Source: Bacillaceae bacterium (GTDB lineage Bacteria; Bacillota; Bacilli; JACDOE01). From it: a stretch of DNA of 64,000 bases. How positions within the stretch are numbered: position 1 is the first letter of the stretch; every line of letters begins with the position of its first letter. Location: assembly GCA_017656255.1 (NCBI GenBank), contig JACDOE010000010.1:36400-100399 (forward strand), read 5' to 3'. This document shows, piece after piece, positions 62,617-64,000 of this stretch. The notes beneath the pieces were generated by a model. The model saw only the letters and a program-made list of their open reading frames with translations. It was not told where the DNA came from and did not search any database. The position numbers and the translations under genes are program-made.

Positions 62617-62931
62617 TCAGCCGTTCTCCTTATGTTTGAAATACAACCATTCATCATAGGCGTCTGCTACCTGTTCCCATTCCTGGTCATCCTCAATCGG
62701 TTCCACCCGGTGATGATCGCCATCCAGCTGATACCGGTAGATATAGAGATCATCCCGTCTGGCGTCCTGCGGAAGCAGACAGGCATAAAATTCTCCGCTG
62801 ATTTCCAGTTCCGCAACGATGTGGCAGGGAACTTCCTGTGCATCTTCCTGCAGTGACAGCCGGGATCCGATTTTCTCACGCAACAGTTGTATTTCTCTGG
62901 CCAGCGGCCGGTTCGAGGACAAGGTCATCAC
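62617..62931 (-). CDS. DUF1292 domain protein, paralog 1
   Basis: 'HIVAELEISGEFYACLLPQD...DLYIYRYQLDGDHHRVEPIEDDQEWEQVADAYDEW'. Confidence 0.7.
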   Translation of the reverse strand: MMTLSSNRPLAREIQLLREKIGSRLSLQEDAQEVPCHIVAELEISGEFYACLLPQDARRDDLYIYRYQLDGDHHRVEPIEDDQEWEQVADAYDEWLYFKHKENG

Positions 62932-63272
62932 CCTTGCTGGTCATCAGTTTCTGCTTCATGAACCAGTGTTTCAAAAGTCTGCTGGACATTTTCCCATTCC
63001 TGTTCATCTTCAATGGGTTCCAGTGTATCCGTTCCGTTGTAGCGCAGGAAATAGACATCATATTCTTCCTCGGTCTGCTGTTCGACCGGAACCAGGCACA
63101 GATAGGTCTGGTCCTCAATATCGAATGCATACATAATGGTAAAGTCTTTTTCAAACTCCTCATTGCCTTCTTCGGTCAGGGTGATTGTTTCACCGACTTC
63201 AATCCCATCCAACATAGGAAAATTATCATCCCTTCTTTCAAAATTTACAGGCCGGTGGATGACCTGTTTCAC
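62928..63272 (-). CDS. DUF1292 domain protein (YrzB-like), paralog 2
   Basis: '[21 protein letters not shown]...[32 protein letters not shown]'. The start is uncertain (GTG at 63272 overlaps the ruvX stop). Confidence 0.7.
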   Translation of the reverse strand: MKQVIHRPVNFERRDDNFPMLDGIEVGETITLTEEGNEEFEKDFTIMYAFDIEDQTYLCLVPVEQQTEEEYDVYFLRYNGTDTLEPIEDEQEWENVQQTFETLVHEAETDDQQG

Positions 63273-63694
63273 TCCTTCAACTGGTTTCCCCTGTAATCCA
63301 GATAACTCTGAAGGATCATCACCGCAGCCATCTTGTCGATGACGCGTTTGCGTTTCTTACGGCTGACATCGGCTGAGAGAAGGGCACGTTCAGCGGCCAT
63401 GGTGGTCAGTCGCTCATCCCACATGGTAACGGGGAGGTCCAGCGACGCTTCCAGCTGTCCGGCAAAACGCTGACATTCCTCCCCTCTGAAACCGATGGAT
63501 CCATTCATATTTTTGGGAAGACCTACGACGATGTGACGGACCTGATATTCATTGACAAGTTCCTGTAAACGTCTGATGTCCGTTTGAAGATCACGGCGAC
63601 GGATCGTTTCGATGCCCTGGGCAGTCCAGCCCATTTCATCACTGACCGCAACACCGATTGTCTTCTCCCCGACATCAAGTGCCATGATTCTCAT
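63269..63694 (-). CDS. ruvX: Holliday junction resolvase-like RNase RuvX (YqgF family)
   Basis: Contains '[17 protein letters not shown]', '[12 protein letters not shown]' and 'DERLTT'. Confidence 0.9.
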   Translation of the reverse strand: MRIMALDVGEKTIGVAVSDEMGWTAQGIETIRRRDLQTDIRRLQELVNEYQVRHIVVGLPKNMNGSIGFRGEECQRFAGQLEASLDLPVTMWDERLTTMAAERALLSADVSRKKRKRVIDKMAAVMILQSYLDYRGNQLKE

Positions 63695-63752
63695 TGTTTA
63701 CTGACTCCTGTTTTTTAGTGTGGCAACGGAAAGCGGCAAATATTCATCGCTT

Positions 63753-63995
63753 TTACCTGCTGTGCTGGTTCAGATAAGATCTGACCAGTTCTTCGATGAG
63801 TTCGTCTCTTTCCAGTTTGCGAATAATGGTGCGGGCATTGTTGTGCCTCGGGATATAAGCCGGGTCTCCGGACAGAAGGTAGCCGACGATCTGGTTGATG
63901 GGATTGTATCCTTTCTCCTCCAGAGCCTGATAGACTGTGAGAAGTGCTTCCTGGGCACTGATCTCCACTTCTTCCGTCTTCATATTGAATTTCAT
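63753..63995 (-). CDS. ireB: IreB-family regulatory phosphoprotein (UPF0297, YrzL-like)
   Basis: Contains '[51 protein letters not shown]'. The start lies near the window edge. Confidence 0.8.
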   Translation of the reverse strand: MKFNMKTEEVEISAQEALLTVYQALEEKGYNPINQIVGYLLSGDPAYIPRHNNARTIIRKLERDELIEELVRSYLNQHSR

Positions 63996-64000
63996 AGTCC

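Noticed and set aside
1-64000. tRNA, rRNA, tmRNA, RNase P genes and CRISPR arrays
   Set aside because: I saw no cloverleaf-type sequences, rRNA-like conserved blocks or regularly spaced short direct repeats while reading either strand. The absence is by eye only and should be confirmed with tRNAscan-SE, Infernal or a CRISPR finder.

Overview
This window looks like a chromosomal segment from a spore-forming Bacillales-type Firmicute. The core DNA is roughly 50% GC by eye. Supporting content includes sigK, dapA, motAB, methyl-accepting chemotaxis proteins (MCPs), and a right-hand end syntenic with the B. subtilis yrr cluster (PBP, U32-U32-OMT, mltG, DUF1292, ruvX, ireB).

The outstanding region is a roughly 18 kb AT-rich accessory tract (about 3.9-21.7 kb, about 30% GC by eye) built around the sporulation sigma factor gene sigK.
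- sigK occurs three times in co-linear order on the minus strand: a 5' fragment (15284-15523), an intact gene (8150-8887) and a 3' fragment (3545-3920).
- These copies are linked by two pairs of long, near-identical direct repeats (376 bp and 270 bp).
- The repeats bracket two cargo segments, and I could not find a recombinase in either.
- Segment B (8926-15291) carries a tightly coupled six-gene operon that I cannot assign to any described system: a small Gly-rich protein, an Ogg2-like HhH-GPD glycosylase, a PfkB kinase fused to a nucleoside 2-deoxyribosyltransferase-like domain, a QueC-like PP-loop enzyme, a SAMHD1/EF1143-like HD dNTPase and a YwgA/SocA-like protein. A decayed membrane-anchored nuclease-like pseudogene lies next to it.
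- Segment A (3921-8149) is a decayed mosaic containing a methyltransferase, IS debris, an MFS transporter and a 5'-truncated terpene-cyclase-like gene.
- A Hen1-Pnkp RNA repair operon and a Spo0M-like membrane protein lie just beyond the sigK 5' fragment.

Elsewhere in the window:
- Two tandem MCP genes share 995 bp of identical 3' sequence, and each is preceded by a c-di-GMP-I (GEMM-I) riboswitch.
- A GGDEF / HD-GYP gene pair and motAB lie nearby.
- dapA has an L-box lysine riboswitch.
- An FtsA-like ATPase carries tandem ThiS-like repeats, and a nearby FtsZ-derived protein lacks the GTP-binding loops.
- A REP-like palindrome family has three copies.
- An unexplained ORF-poor, hairpin-dense block of about 190 nt lies upstream of motA.

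I recognised no rRNA, tRNA or CRISPR array. All functional calls rest on motif-level reading of the translated ORFs; no database search was run.
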